Made by a program: the position numbers and the translations under genes. A stretch of 64,000 bases of DNA from an uncultured Desulfosarcina sp. (lineage in GTDB: Bacteria > Desulfobacterota > Desulfobacteria > Desulfobacterales > Desulfosarcinaceae): the NCBI GenBank assembly GCA_963674945.2, contig CAXXWQ010000003.1, forward strand, positions 1,344,001 to 1,408,000, written 5' to 3'. Positions 8,712-18,534 of the stretch are shown here, piece after piece (position 1 is the stretch's first letter; each line of letters opens with the position of its first letter). The notes beneath the pieces are model-generated. The model searched no databases. It was not told where the DNA came from and saw only the letters and a program-made list of their open reading frames with translations.

Positions 8712-11700
8712 CTACTCGTTTAATTGTAACCAGTAAAATTGGTCCACACCGCGTTTCGGATCTCTAACGTTACCCGTAAGCCCTCCGATCAACAGCTTCG
8801 GCGGCCCTGATGCCGAGATGACAATCACCGGGGACGGTGGGATCGTGAGGCTGGAGGAGCTTAACGTCAGGTGTCGATCCGCTTTTCCCAACTCTTTTTC
8901 ATCGGTGTCGTTGGAAGTGGTAAAGTTGAACACGGCGGCACCGGTTTTATAATCCACGGCATACAACTTGGCCGTCCCGCCGCTTGTCGGATCTTCACAG
9001 GGATCCACACTGGTCGGACCGGAGGCATTCGCCGGCGTAAACGTCGTAAAATAGACGACACCGGCGTAGATGATGGGCGAGGAGAGGCATTTTTCACCAA
9101 CCCCCTCCAGTTGGATATACCAACCCCGGTTATAATTTTTATTCAGCGTATCCTTCACCGCCTGCTTTTCGGCAGCAGTCCCGTCCTGAATATCGTCATC
9201 CGTAACATCGAGCAGCACATATTCGTTGCCATCTCCCGCAGCAGCTTCGTAGAGGGTCGACTTGCTGCTGACCTTCGTACTGGGTGAGAGACCGCCTGTT
9301 CTCCAATCATTCTTCACGCAGTAAAAATAGTTGGTCGTATCGGTTCGCAGTGGATGGGCCCGGTCCCCGGTTCCGAAGTAGACGTAATCTCCCACCACGG
9401 ATTTCCATTCGCCGTCCCCTTCACTGTCCCAGTATCGTATGAATTCAGGCGTAAAATCAACTTCCTCGAAGATCTTTTTCCCGGACGAAGTTGCGGTAAA
9501 AAGGTGCAACGAACTCCAAACGCCATTGAGTTGGGCGGGATAATCCTCGTTATCGTTGTCACGGAAGGCGAACAATTGCCCCTCCAGGTCGCCGGCATAG
9601 ATCTGGCTGACGATATCCTCCCCATCGTCCACCATGTCTGCCCCGGCGGCCATGACGATGGAGTTTGTCATCGCGGGAAGGTCACTGCTGTCAAACGTCT
9701 CAATCGCCGCATTCGTCTCCACATCGATCATGACAACGGAATCGCCAACCGGAGATGTGAGGCTGTCATTGTCGTCATAACCATCGTCATAACCACCGGT
9801 GAGGAGAAAAACCTGCTCCGTGCCGGATCCTGTCTTGACCGTCATGAACTCGGGCTGCTTCCATGACTGCCCCGATACGGTGCGGGTGTACAGATACTTC
9901 GGGTTGTCTATATCGGAGATGTCCAGGGCGTAGTAGTGATTGCCGCCCCGTCTTTCCCCGATCATGAGAATTGTCTTCGAGCTGCTGATCTGTGCAACCG
10001 TGGCCGATCCGTCCATAAAGTAGGAGTGATCGCCGGTGTAGGCATCCGTGATCCGACTGAACTGTTCCTTGGGAAGGAACGCCCACTTTTCCGAGCCGTT
10101 GGAATCATCGAAGCAGTGGAGCATGCCGTCATTGGATCCCACGAAAATATAGGTGCCGGAAGTATAGTTGACGACCGTCGGCTTGGAGTGGTTCAGGTCC
10201 CCCAATTGCCAGTCTTCGCCCACCATTCTGACCTTATTGATGATTTCATTTCTGGCGGTGGTGTCACCCGCCCCTAACAGCGATGGTTCCAGTTCGGTGT
10301 TACTTGTCGAGAATTCGTTGGCGGAATTCGACAGGATCGTGGTGGTGGAGCTGATGTTGGAATAGATGTGCCGGCTGGAATCATCCGTACCGATTAATAC
10401 CTCGCCGGCCCCGCCGCTTCTTACCTCCTGGCCGTCGTCGCTGGTGGACCAGCAGGAACGCGCGGTCTCTTTGATTTCACCGGCACTGTCCATGATGGGA
10501 TCCCCGGTGTCGCAGGATATGACATTGACGTCCGAATCCAGCTTGTATTTCTTCAGGTTGCCCGCCCACCGGCTGCTCCCGCTCAAGGGCTGAAACAGGG
10601 ACATGTAAACGCTGTCCCCCGCATAGGCCTGGTTGACATCGCTGATGGGAACCACCGAAGAGGTAAAGGTGGTTTTGCGTTCGTTGATGTTGCCGATGAA
10701 TGCCTCGAAGGCCTCTTCGAGACTCTGCTGGCTGGTGGCCGGAAAGTACAGCCCTTCTCCGGGGGATTCGCCCTGCCCCTTGTCCGCCGTAGTCTGCAAC
10801 AGGACCGGATCGCCGCCATTAAAACCGATGGTATAGGTCACGATATTTTGATCACCGTCCAGGTTGCCGTTACAGTCGTTTTCATAGAGATATTCGGAAA
10901 CATGGTACAAAAGGGCACGATTGGAGTCGCCGGGGCGGATCTGGTCCCCGTTGATGTAGGTACCGGTATAAAGCAACGGATCCGTATCGGATGTGGGTTC
11001 ACCATCCGTCATCAAGATGATGTAGTTTTGCCGGCAGCGGTACTGCATGGGATAGTGATCGATATTGGCATAGTTTCCATTACCGAACCATGAATTTTTT
11101 TCGGCAAAGTAGAGGCCCGCCTCGGCAAGGGTCTCGGCAAGGGGCGTACCTCCCGATGCGGGGAGCGTGCCCACCGCATCCTGCAAAAATTGGATATAGT
11201 TTGCAATGGCCGTATCATAGGCCGCCCCGGTCAACTTATCGCCGTCGGCGTCCAGGATGTAACTGTCTTTTAACGAACAATTGACCTGCGTGCTGTTATA
11301 GGAAAGAAGATAGCCGCCGTTGGAAGAACCGTCGAATCGCATGATCCCGAAGCGCAGGCTGCCGCCGTGATCACCGATGATGTTTTGAATGGCGCTGATT
11401 GCGGTTTCATTCCGACTCTTGTGCCAGTTGATCCAGTTTCCCACGGCAAAATCGTCGCCGTTAATGGTGACCCAGCCGCCGTTGGTCAGATTGGTGAGCT
11501 GGTCCTTGAACGCGCCCAGGGTGGTCTCCCGCCAATAGCCACGACGACTGTACCCGACGGTAAGACTATCCGAGTAAGTGAAATAGGACAGCGTCAGCTG
11601 CCGCCAGGAACCGGAGTAGTAGACGTACACCTCGTCCTCGTTATCGTTGTAATCCCATATTCCGTTCTGGTTGCTGTCCTCGTTTAGGATAATATCGATA

Positions 11701-11960
11701 TTGTCGATCCAGCCTGCGCTATCATTATAGTAATCGTATTCCCGGTAGGTCGTGCCGGGATTGTAGGTGTCGCCCCAGGTGGCGCCGCTGGGAACGATGG
11801 ACTCCATACTTCCGGAGGTATCGAAAACAATCAGCACATTGGGTTCCACCGTTTGTGTGACGACGCCGAAGATCTCATTGTCGTCCGCCAGAACCGCCGC
11901 CGAGGACCAGATGAAAATGGCCATAGCAAGAAGCATGATATGGTTTGTTCTGTTTCTCAT
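8712..11960 (-). CDS. pilY1: Type IV pilus tip adhesin PilY1/PilC (vWA plus beta-propeller)
   Basis: Signal peptide; vWA MIDAS FDTSGS, GGTPL, ILMTDG; propeller motifs GSNDGMLH, YFMDGS, YAGDLEG, YFGTG, GWYIQL, FTTF. Confidence 0.92.
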   Translation of the reverse strand: MRNRTNHIMLLAMAIFIWSSAAVLADDNEIFGVVTQTVEPNVLIVFDTSGSMESIVPSGATWGDTYNPGTTYREYDYYNDSAGWIDNIDIILNEDSNQNGIWDYNDNEDEVYVYYSGSWRQLTLSYFTYSDSLTVGYSRRGYWRETTLGAFKDQLTNLTNGGWVTINGDDFAVGNWINWHKSRNETAISAIQNIIGDHGGSLRFGIMRFDGSSNGGYLLSYNSTQVNCSLKDSYILDADGDKLTGAAYDTAIANYIQFLQDAVGTLPASGGTPLAETLAEAGLYFAEKNSWFGNGNYANIDHYPMQYRCRQNYIILMTDGEPTSDTDPLLYTGTYINGDQIRPGDSNRALLYHVSEYLYENDCNGNLDGDQNIVTYTIGFNGGDPVLLQTTADKGQGESPGEGLYFPATSQQSLEEAFEAFIGNINERKTTFTSSVVPISDVNQAYAGDSVYMSLFQPLSGSSRWAGNLKKYKLDSDVNVISCDTGDPIMDSAGEIKETARSCWSTSDDGQEVRSGGAGEVLIGTDDSSRHIYSNISSTTTILSNSANEFSTSNTELEPSLLGAGDTTARNEIINKVRMVGEDWQLGDLNHSKPTVVNYTSGTYIFVGSNDGMLHCFDDSNGSEKWAFLPKEQFSRITDAYTGDHSYFMDGSATVAQISSSKTILMIGERRGGNHYYALDISDIDNPKYLYTRTVSGQSWKQPEFMTVKTGSGTEQVFLLTGGYDDGYDDNDSLTSPVGDSVVMIDVETNAAIETFDSSDLPAMTNSIVMAAGADMVDDGEDIVSQIYAGDLEGQLFAFRDNDNEDYPAQLNGVWSSLHLFTATSSGKKIFEEVDFTPEFIRYWDSEGDGEWKSVVGDYVYFGTGDRAHPLRTDTTNYFYCVKNDWRTGGLSPSTKVSSKSTLYEAAAGDGNEYVLLDVTDDDIQDGTAAEKQAVKDTLNKNYNRGWYIQLEGVGEKCLSSPIIYAGVVYFTTFTPANASGPTSVDPCEDPTSGGTAKLYAVDYKTGAAVFNFTTSNDTDEKELGKADRHLTLSSSSLTIPPSPVIVISASGPPKLLIGGLTGNVRDPKRGVDQFYWLQLNE

Positions 11961-12082
11961 ATTACCCCCTATCGGTAACTGAACTTGGTAACGGTATGTG
12001 ATGCCATGAAATTATGCTAAACAATATCAGAATGTTGTACCCTTCGATGATGCCTTTTCTACCGGCACCATCGCGCGGGTTC

Positions 12083-12691
12083 TCACGATCCAGGCGCCGA
12101 AGCGGCTCCCGGCGTCCGACCGGCTTTGTTGAAAATCTTCCAAAGCCCCGATTCGATGGTCAGGGATGTCACGTTGTCTCTCTTGTCCACGGCTCTCGTG
12201 TGGATGCCGTAACGCCGGATCTCGAAATTTCTGGCGCTCATGCCCGTTCCGATGACCGGCGGCCCGAAGTGGGGCAAGGGGAAAAAATCCCGGGTGAGGG
12301 ATTCTTCGGCCAGTTTGCTGTCGATGGTGCCGTCGGTATAGTCCTCGACGCGCGCGATATCGTACTGGGCTACACGCACCGGATTTCCATCGGCATCGTT
12401 GATGGAAGCGTCCTGATCGATTATCTCTGCATCCCCGGCGGAAATGGAAAAGAGAGGGGATGCGGCCTGCAGCCATACGTTCTGGTGATTTTCCGTTGCG
12501 ATGGTGAGGCCGGATTCCGAGCGGTACAGGTTCTCCCGGTAATCCCGATTGTTTCGCATCATGGAGCTGTTCATCATGGATGTATCCATGGCCATGAACA
12601 CGGTCAGGGAGAGCGCCGCCAGCATCAACAGGGCCACGATGGTGGCCGACCCCGCGTTGTTTGAAATTGGATGGGTAACGATTCGTTTCAT
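12083..12691 (-). CDS. pilX: PilX-like minor pilin
   Basis: G-SATIVALLML N-terminus lacking Glu5, RNNRDY..NLY.SESG. RBS GAGG before 12691; alternative start 12727. Confidence 0.8.
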   Translation of the reverse strand: MKRIVTHPISNNAGSATIVALLMLAALSLTVFMAMDTSMMNSSMMRNNRDYRENLYRSESGLTIATENHQNVWLQAASPLFSISAGDAEIIDQDASINDADGNPVRVAQYDIARVEDYTDGTIDSKLAEESLTRDFFPLPHFGPPVIGTGMSARNFEIRRYGIHTRAVDKRDNVTSLTIESGLWKIFNKAGRTPGAASAPGS

Positions 12692-12726
12692 GGGCTGATC
12701 CTCGTCGTTGAAGTTCGTTTTGACCA

Positions 12727-13158
12727 TTAGTTGGACTGCCTCCGGTAAAACCCCTGCAGTCTGAGTTCGTTGTCGGCCGTAGCGGAATAGGCAATGGTTA
12801 CAAAGTCATTCGTTCCGTCGCCATCGACATCCGTTGCATCGTAAACCCGATAATCGATAGCCGTCTTCGCCGCCTCCGGATTGGTATCGGCGCCTCCCGG
12901 CTGGTGGGCGCCATCGGAAAGGACATTCTGGTTCATGTCCAAAACGGTCAGCATCTCGACCGTCTCCTGGCCGGACATCACCGACCAGTCCGCATAAACG
13001 GTGCCCCGCGTGGTCTTGGAAGATGAGATCATGACGGCGGTAAGCGCCATGAAACCGATGCTGAAGATCGCTATCGCCACCAGGGAGTCGATGAGTGTAA
13101 AGCCCTTATCGGTAAGCAGGGTATGGGTTATCGTCCGTTTCTTCTCGTCCATTTGCAT
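12727..13158 (-). CDS. pilV: PilV-like minor pilin
   Basis: Prepilin site KG/FTLIDSLVAIAIFSIG; position in the cluster. Confidence 0.75.
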   Translation of the reverse strand: MQMDEKKRTITHTLLTDKGFTLIDSLVAIAIFSIGFMALTAVMISSSKTTRGTVYADWSVMSGQETVEMLTVLDMNQNVLSDGAHQPGGADTNPEAAKTAIDYRVYDATDVDGDGTNDFVTIAYSATADNELRLQGFYRRQSN

Positions 13159-13186
13159 CCACCTCGAAATTTTTGGTTAGATGGTA

Positions 13187-14002
13187 TCAACTCTTGTTGC
13201 GGCAACGAATGGTCGTGGTGAACAAGGTGTGTGAATAATCATCGTTGATCGGGTAGCGCTGGTCCCCCACAACCATGGTATATTGTTCTTTGGCGCCCCG
13301 GACCGGCTCACTGGAACGAACCACCAGCCAGACTTTGACCGCCCGTATCCTGGAGATATCCACCTGGCTGGCCATGGCCGACCCGCCCACCGTATCATCC
13401 AGATCGATATCGCCATCGTCGTCGGTGTCCAGCAGGGTATCCAAACGGCGATTATCATCGGAGTCGATGGCCCAAAGGATATTGTTGTTGGCGGACACCT
13501 CCACGTTTCCGTCGTCGTCGTCATCGTAGGCATAGGCGAACCGAATCGCCTCGATATCGTCCGCCACGTTCCCACCACCGATCACCAGACTGGTGGCGCC
13601 GTGATCCGCAAACCCGTCGCGTCCACCGCCATCGATATCGTTTGCGGCATTGAGGCCGATACTGACCGTATCGATTGCATCGCCAAAGGGCGCGACCAGA
13701 TCCAGGGGATCTGACACATTGTTCCGGGAAAAGGAGAGAAATGCGCCGGTGGCGGTATCGACCAAATTGTTTGCGCTGATGTTCTTTTGGGGATTGAATC
13801 CCAACAGCCGGATATTATCCTCGATAAGGTACATGGCGCCCCTGGAGGTAGTGGCCATCACCGACCGCTGGTCGACGTTGGCGGACGATGACTGCATTTT
13901 GGTAAACACCATCACCGCAGCGCCGATGATGATCCCCGAAATAACGGTGGCAATCATGACTTCAATCAGGGTAAATCCTTTTTGATCATAATGGATTTTC
14001 AT
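13187..14002 (-). CDS. pilW: PilW-like minor pilin
   Basis: KG/FTLIEVM; C-terminal IRAVKVWLVVRS...TTIRCRN. Confidence 0.85.
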   Translation of the reverse strand: MKIHYDQKGFTLIEVMIATVISGIIIGAAVMVFTKMQSSSANVDQRSVMATTSRGAMYLIEDNIRLLGFNPQKNISANNLVDTATGAFLSFSRNNVSDPLDLVAPFGDAIDTVSIGLNAANDIDGGGRDGFADHGATSLVIGGGNVADDIEAIRFAYAYDDDDDGNVEVSANNNILWAIDSDDNRRLDTLLDTDDDGDIDLDDTVGGSAMASQVDISRIRAVKVWLVVRSSEPVRGAKEQYTMVVGDQRYPINDDYSHTLFTTTIRCRNKS

Positions 14003-14044
14003 TTTCGGTATCCTGCCTTTTGTTTATAACCGTTTCGCATGGGT

Positions 14045-14485
14045 CTAAATGATGCTGATTCCACCGACAGAGGTAACCCGTACACCGCCAGTTAAGGCAC
14101 CGTCGCGAACATATCGGATATTCACCTGCCCCGATATTCCGGTTTTCATCCCCCTGGCATTGAAGGTATAGGTGTTCGCATCGCCTGGCGGTGTCACTGA
14201 AAACACTTCAACATGATCGGAGAGAACCTGGTTTACAATCAAATTGCCATCCGCATCATTAATGGTGTAGTCGGAGGCGCCAAACACGATGGAGACGTTT
14301 TCCCCCCGCTTGACGGCTTCGGATCTTGCCGTCTGTATCCCGCCATACAGTTCCCGGGCACTTTTCTGAACCCGTCGCTCAGGCATACCGCTCAGGTAAT
14401 TATAGGTAACGACGCCTGAAAGGATTCCGATAATGGCGATGGTCACCATGACTTCAATTAGACTGAATCCTGCATCCTTTCTCAT
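14045..14485 (-). CDS. fimT: FimT/FimU (GspH-like) minor pilin
   Basis: AG/FSLIEVMV, ARSEAVKR, FNARG. RBS GGAGG before ATG 14485. Confidence 0.85.
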   Translation of the reverse strand: MRKDAGFSLIEVMVTIAIIGILSGVVTYNYLSGMPERRVQKSARELYGGIQTARSEAVKRGENVSIVFGASDYTINDADGNLIVNQVLSDHVEVFSVTPPGDANTYTFNARGMKTGISGQVNIRYVRDGALTGGVRVTSVGGISII

Positions 14486-14521
14486 GTAACAACCTCCCGT
14501 TGTGAGTCTGACGGCTAACAA

Positions 14522-14537
14522 TACAATTTTGATGCCA
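14522..14537 (-). promoter_or_regulatory. Putative sigma-54 promoter (-12 GT variant) of the minor pilin operon
   Basis: Minus strand TGGCATCAAAATTGTA, about 37 bp before the fimT start. Confidence 0.5.
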
Positions 14538-14936
14538 TATTCCGGTTGAATCTTCCCAAGATTGATCACTCACGTTACGATCTATTTAACATATTGTTTT
14601 TATATGTTTTTTTAAAATCAAAACCAATTTTTCGATGATGTCATCAAAAAATGGGAAACGCCGCCTCAAGGATTGTTTTCGCCCTACTATAAAAAAAGTT
14701 AATAGCCGGACTTAATTTTTCTTATAGTGGTGTTGAAGAACGGGTGTCGGAATAATCGTGTGGATTCGAGCCGGCAACGGAATGCCGACGTGTGGATAAG
14801 AAGATGGGCGTTTTACAGTATCATTTGGCCATTGGCAGTAAACCGGCGATCAAATCGCCCGGCTTCCGGATATTGCTCTCTTTTCGAAACTGGGGCCTAT
14901 AATGATCTATCGTCATATGGCTCAGGAAAGATAGAG

Positions 14937-16064
14937 CTATCTGATTGCCGGTTCAATAATCAGATCCATGAATCGCCGCCGATCCGAAAGGAATTGGATG
15001 GAAACATCGATGACGATCAATTGGAGAGACCAATCGGTTTTTTCCCTGGTTTTCACGAAGTCCTTCAGGGAAGTCACTAGTATATCGGCGCTTTTTTCAT
15101 GTGCCGTCTCGACAATCCGGTCCAGTTCTTTCTCGTCATAACGATGGTGATCGCCAAAGGAAAATGCCGCAACAAGATCGCACCCCGCCGATTCCAGAGA
15201 ATGAAAAAACTGTTTATTGTCGGCAAGGCCGGCGAATGCGGCGATCCGTTTTCCCCGGATCATGGATGAAAGGTCTGCGCTGCCCGGTAAAAAAAAACGG
15301 CAGTCGGGGTCAATTTTTCGCAATACGGGTCGATGCGTCGTATAGAAACTGGGCAGCGATGCGGGCAGCCGCTGTAATTGGATGGGGTGCGCGGCATGGG
15401 CGCTGCGGGTAAAAATCACCGCATCGGCCCGCTCTATCGCCGACAACGGCTCCCGCAGCCGCCCCCTTGGTATGACAAACCCGTTTCCCAGGGGCGATCG
15501 ATGGTCAAGCAGCAAAAGGTTGAGGTCCCGTTTCAATCGCAAGTGTTGAAATGCATCGTCCAATACGACGACATCCGGGTGAAAGCGTTCCACGGCGAGC
15601 ATTCCGGCTTCATAGCGACGACGGCCCACCACCACGGGAACCCCCTGCAGCAGTCCGGCCATCAGATATGGCTCGTCCCCGGCCTGATCCGGTCCCGTGA
15701 AAATCGTCTCTCCGTCGCTGACAATTCCTCCGGAGTCCTCCATTTCACCACGATATCCGCGACTGATCACCACGACCCGGTATCCCAAGTCCCGAAGCAT
15801 TTGCGCGACGAAAACCGTCATCGGTGTTTTTCCCGTGCCGCCGGCCGTGAGGTTACCGATGGATATCACGCGACATGGGAGCGAGTGGGAAGATAACATT
15901 CCGAAATCATAAAGCTTGCTTCGAAGTCGCACTATGGCGCCATAGAAGAGGGAAAAAATGAGCAGGAAGCTTTCGAGGGAGAAAAACGAAGAAGGTTCAC
16001 TCCCCCCGACCGCAGATTCGATTCTACACCTGATTCGTTCAATGCATTTCTTCAAACCACACAC
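14937..16064 (-). CDS. lpxK: Tetraacyldisaccharide 4'-kinase
   Basis: IGNLTAGGTGKTP, SRGY, GDEP, LDDAFQH, PRGRLRE, DHH. Confidence 0.95.
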   Translation of the reverse strand: MCGLKKCIERIRCRIESAVGGSEPSSFFSLESFLLIFSLFYGAIVRLRSKLYDFGMLSSHSLPCRVISIGNLTAGGTGKTPMTVFVAQMLRDLGYRVVVISRGYRGEMEDSGGIVSDGETIFTGPDQAGDEPYLMAGLLQGVPVVVGRRRYEAGMLAVERFHPDVVVLDDAFQHLRLKRDLNLLLLDHRSPLGNGFVIPRGRLREPLSAIERADAVIFTRSAHAAHPIQLQRLPASLPSFYTTHRPVLRKIDPDCRFFLPGSADLSSMIRGKRIAAFAGLADNKQFFHSLESAGCDLVAAFSFGDHHRYDEKELDRIVETAHEKSADILVTSLKDFVKTREKTDWSLQLIVIDVSIQFLSDRRRFMDLIIEPAIR

Positions 16065-17392
16065 CGATCCGATTCATCGTCAATTTCATCATCAGGCGAC
16101 CCTTCGATTACCCTCATGGTTCGCGCTACCGCACCCTGATTGGCGAGAAAGACATTGTGCGCACAAAGCCCCATTTCGTGACACGTCTTTTTGTTGGAAA
16201 GCAACCTTCTTACCTGTCCGGCCAGTCCATGTGCATCGTCGACGCGCATCGCACCACCGGCCCGGACCAGTGTCCGGCAAACCCACTGGAAATCCTCGGT
16301 GTGGGGTCCGAAGAGAATCGGTTTGGAGACCGACGCAGGTTCCAGGGGATTGTGTCCGCCGGCATTGACGAGACTTCCCCCCACAAAGGCAACGGCCGCC
16401 AACGGGTACAGGTATCGCAAAATACCGATCCGATCGACCACCACCACCCTTGCCCCCTTCCCCTCACCATCCTGGACCTGACGCAAGGTTTTTGCCTGGA
16501 TACCCGCCTTGATGAAAACGTCACACACCCCAGCGGCCCGGACCGGATCTCTCGGAGCAACGATAAGAAACGATTCGACACCTTGGCGGCAAAGAGATTG
16601 GTATACATCCGTCAACATCTCTTCCTCCCCTTCGTGTGTACTGCCGGCGATCCATAAGGGGTCGGAGTAAAAAAGTGTCTGCAGCGTAACGGTAATTCGG
16701 TTCGCTTCTTCACTGATGGTGTGATCCTGCGGTTGATCGAATTTCATGTTTCCCACAATCTGCAATCTCTTCTCACAAACCCCGAGGTCACGAAATCGAA
16801 CCCAATCGGCATGGGTTTGCAAACATATTCTGCAAAAGACCGCCAGCGAGGGAGACATGATGAAACGCGCACGTTTGTATCCGAGAAAGGATTTTTCCGA
16901 CAACCTGGCATTTACCAAAAAGACGGGGATGCGGCGTTTTCCCAAACAATCCAGAAAATTGGGCCATATATCGGTCTCCACAATCACAACCCGCCGCGGT
17001 CCGATAGTATCCAGCGCACGATTCACACAATACCGAAAATCATAGGGGAAATACCGAACCTCGTGAACATGGGGGCCGATCACATCAATGGCAGTCCCGT
17101 AACCGGTGAGTGTGGAAGCGGTAAATACCAACGCGCCCTTCCCGTGTTTTTCTTCCAACGCACATACCAATGGTTCGGCGGACAGGACTTCACCGACGGA
17201 AAGGGCATGAATCCATATGGGATTTCTTGTCTCATTGGAAGGAAGAGATTTTTTACGGTTCGCCACGGCCTCGATATACAGCCTTTTTCCTACCGTTCGG
17301 CGCCGTTTGTTTTGTAAAAGAATCAGTGGAATCCAGATGGGAGACAACAGGATGGTCCCGATCAGCATCAAATAATTATAGAAAAAAAGCAT
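16052..17392 (-). CDS. waaA: 3-deoxy-D-manno-octulosonic acid transferase
   Basis: WIHALSVGE, ETDIWPN, NARLS, GNMKFD, GSTHEGEE, GGSL...GGHNPLEPA. Start 17392 or 17401. Confidence 0.95.
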   Translation of the reverse strand: MLFFYNYLMLIGTILLSPIWIPLILLQNKRRRTVGKRLYIEAVANRKKSLPSNETRNPIWIHALSVGEVLSAEPLVCALEEKHGKGALVFTASTLTGYGTAIDVIGPHVHEVRYFPYDFRYCVNRALDTIGPRRVVIVETDIWPNFLDCLGKRRIPVFLVNARLSEKSFLGYKRARFIMSPSLAVFCRICLQTHADWVRFRDLGVCEKRLQIVGNMKFDQPQDHTISEEANRITVTLQTLFYSDPLWIAGSTHEGEEEMLTDVYQSLCRQGVESFLIVAPRDPVRAAGVCDVFIKAGIQAKTLRQVQDGEGKGARVVVVDRIGILRYLYPLAAVAFVGGSLVNAGGHNPLEPASVSKPILFGPHTEDFQWVCRTLVRAGGAMRVDDAHGLAGQVRRLLSNKKTCHEMGLCAHNVFLANQGAVARTMRVIEGSPDDEIDDESDRCVV

Positions 17393-17454
17393 GATTCCCA
17401 TTTCCGGTTCGAAAAACGATGTGCCTGTTTTTCTTAGATCCCTTCGTACGTCTT

Positions 17455-18534
17455 TCATAAGTTTGTGCTGAGAAGCAGGTAGCCCGATACACAAAAAAAG
17501 ACAATGTTTGCCACCCATGCGGCGATTACGGGCGGTAACATCTCCGCATATCCCAGGGAAATGCAGAAACTGTGAAAAATCCAGTAGAGGAACGCAATCC
17601 CCAATCCATACGTGATGCTGACCGCCATTCCCTCCTGCAGCTTACCTCGAAGGGCGATGGCCGTTCCCAGAAGACTGAGGAAAACATATACAAACGGTGC
17701 GGCAATCTTGCCATGGTAATCCACCCGGTATCGAACAGCACCGTATCCTTCCCGCTCCACTTTTTGAATATATCGGCCCAATTCTGCAAGCCCCATCTCA
17801 TCGGTTCGTTTCGCCGCCTGGGCGAGGTCATCGGGGTTCAGATCGATGTCCGCAACCAGGGTCTTTACGTAAACGAGCCGGTCTGTATTCGTATCCTGGC
17901 CAAATACCTGTTGGACGGCGTCGGACAGCTCCCACCTTCCATTGGTAAATCTTCCGGTTGTGGCATCGACACGTTCGGAAAGTCGGAATCGATCGGCGAA
18001 AGTGAATATGGTGATGCCTGAAACGCTTTTTTCTTCCGGATCATATTGAACGATGTGGATGATCTGTCGGGAGGCGCGCATCCAGATATCATTTGTCTTG
18101 GATGAAAAAATATTCTTTTTCCGGACCTCTGTAAGCCATATCTGGTTGGCACTCCCCATGAATATGGGTACGATCATCTCGGCAACCGTAAACGTGATCA
18201 CACAAAAAAAAAGACCCAATACCAGGGCGGGGGTAAGCAACAAGCGCTTTCCAATCCCACAGCTTCTCAGGGCCGTCACTTCATGATTTTTGCTCATCAA
18301 CCCCAAGGCCACGAGTATGGACAACAGAAAACCAACCGGCGCCACCTGTACGAAAATGAACGGTAGCTTGTAAAGAAGATATACGACACAACGGATGGCA
18401 GGAACTCCCGATTCCATAAAGTTATCTATTTTTTCGATAAAATCCACCGTCAAATAAATCGTGAGCACTGCCGATAGAACGATCAGAAAGCAAAGGAGGA
18501 TTTCCCTGGTTACATAGCGGTATAGAATTTTCAT
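17455..18534 (-). CDS. lptG: LPS export ABC permease LptG
   Basis: YjgP/YjgQ topology, EVTALRSCGI, PPVIAAWVAN; follows lptF. Confidence 0.9.
   Translation of the reverse strand: MKILYRYVTREILLCFLIVLSAVLTIYLTVDFIEKIDNFMESGVPAIRCVVYLLYKLPFIFVQVAPVGFLLSILVALGLMSKNHEVTALRSCGIGKRLLLTPALVLGLFFCVITFTVAEMIVPIFMGSANQIWLTEVRKKNIFSSKTNDIWMRASRQIIHIVQYDPEEKSVSGITIFTFADRFRLSERVDATTGRFTNGRWELSDAVQQVFGQDTNTDRLVYVKTLVADIDLNPDDLAQAAKRTDEMGLAELGRYIQKVEREGYGAVRYRVDYHGKIAAPFVYVFLSLLGTAIALRGKLQEGMAVSITYGLGIAFLYWIFHSFCISLGYAEMLPPVIAAWVANIVFFCVSGYLLLSTNL

Noticed and set aside
11985..12007. Internal sigma-54 promoter before pilY1
   Set aside because: TGGCAT is present but there is no TTGC-like -12 element at the right spacing.
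12027..12794. 255-aa alternative-frame ORF over pilX
   Set aside because: Arg/His/Gly-rich frame artefact; the pilX frame has the prepilin-like signature.
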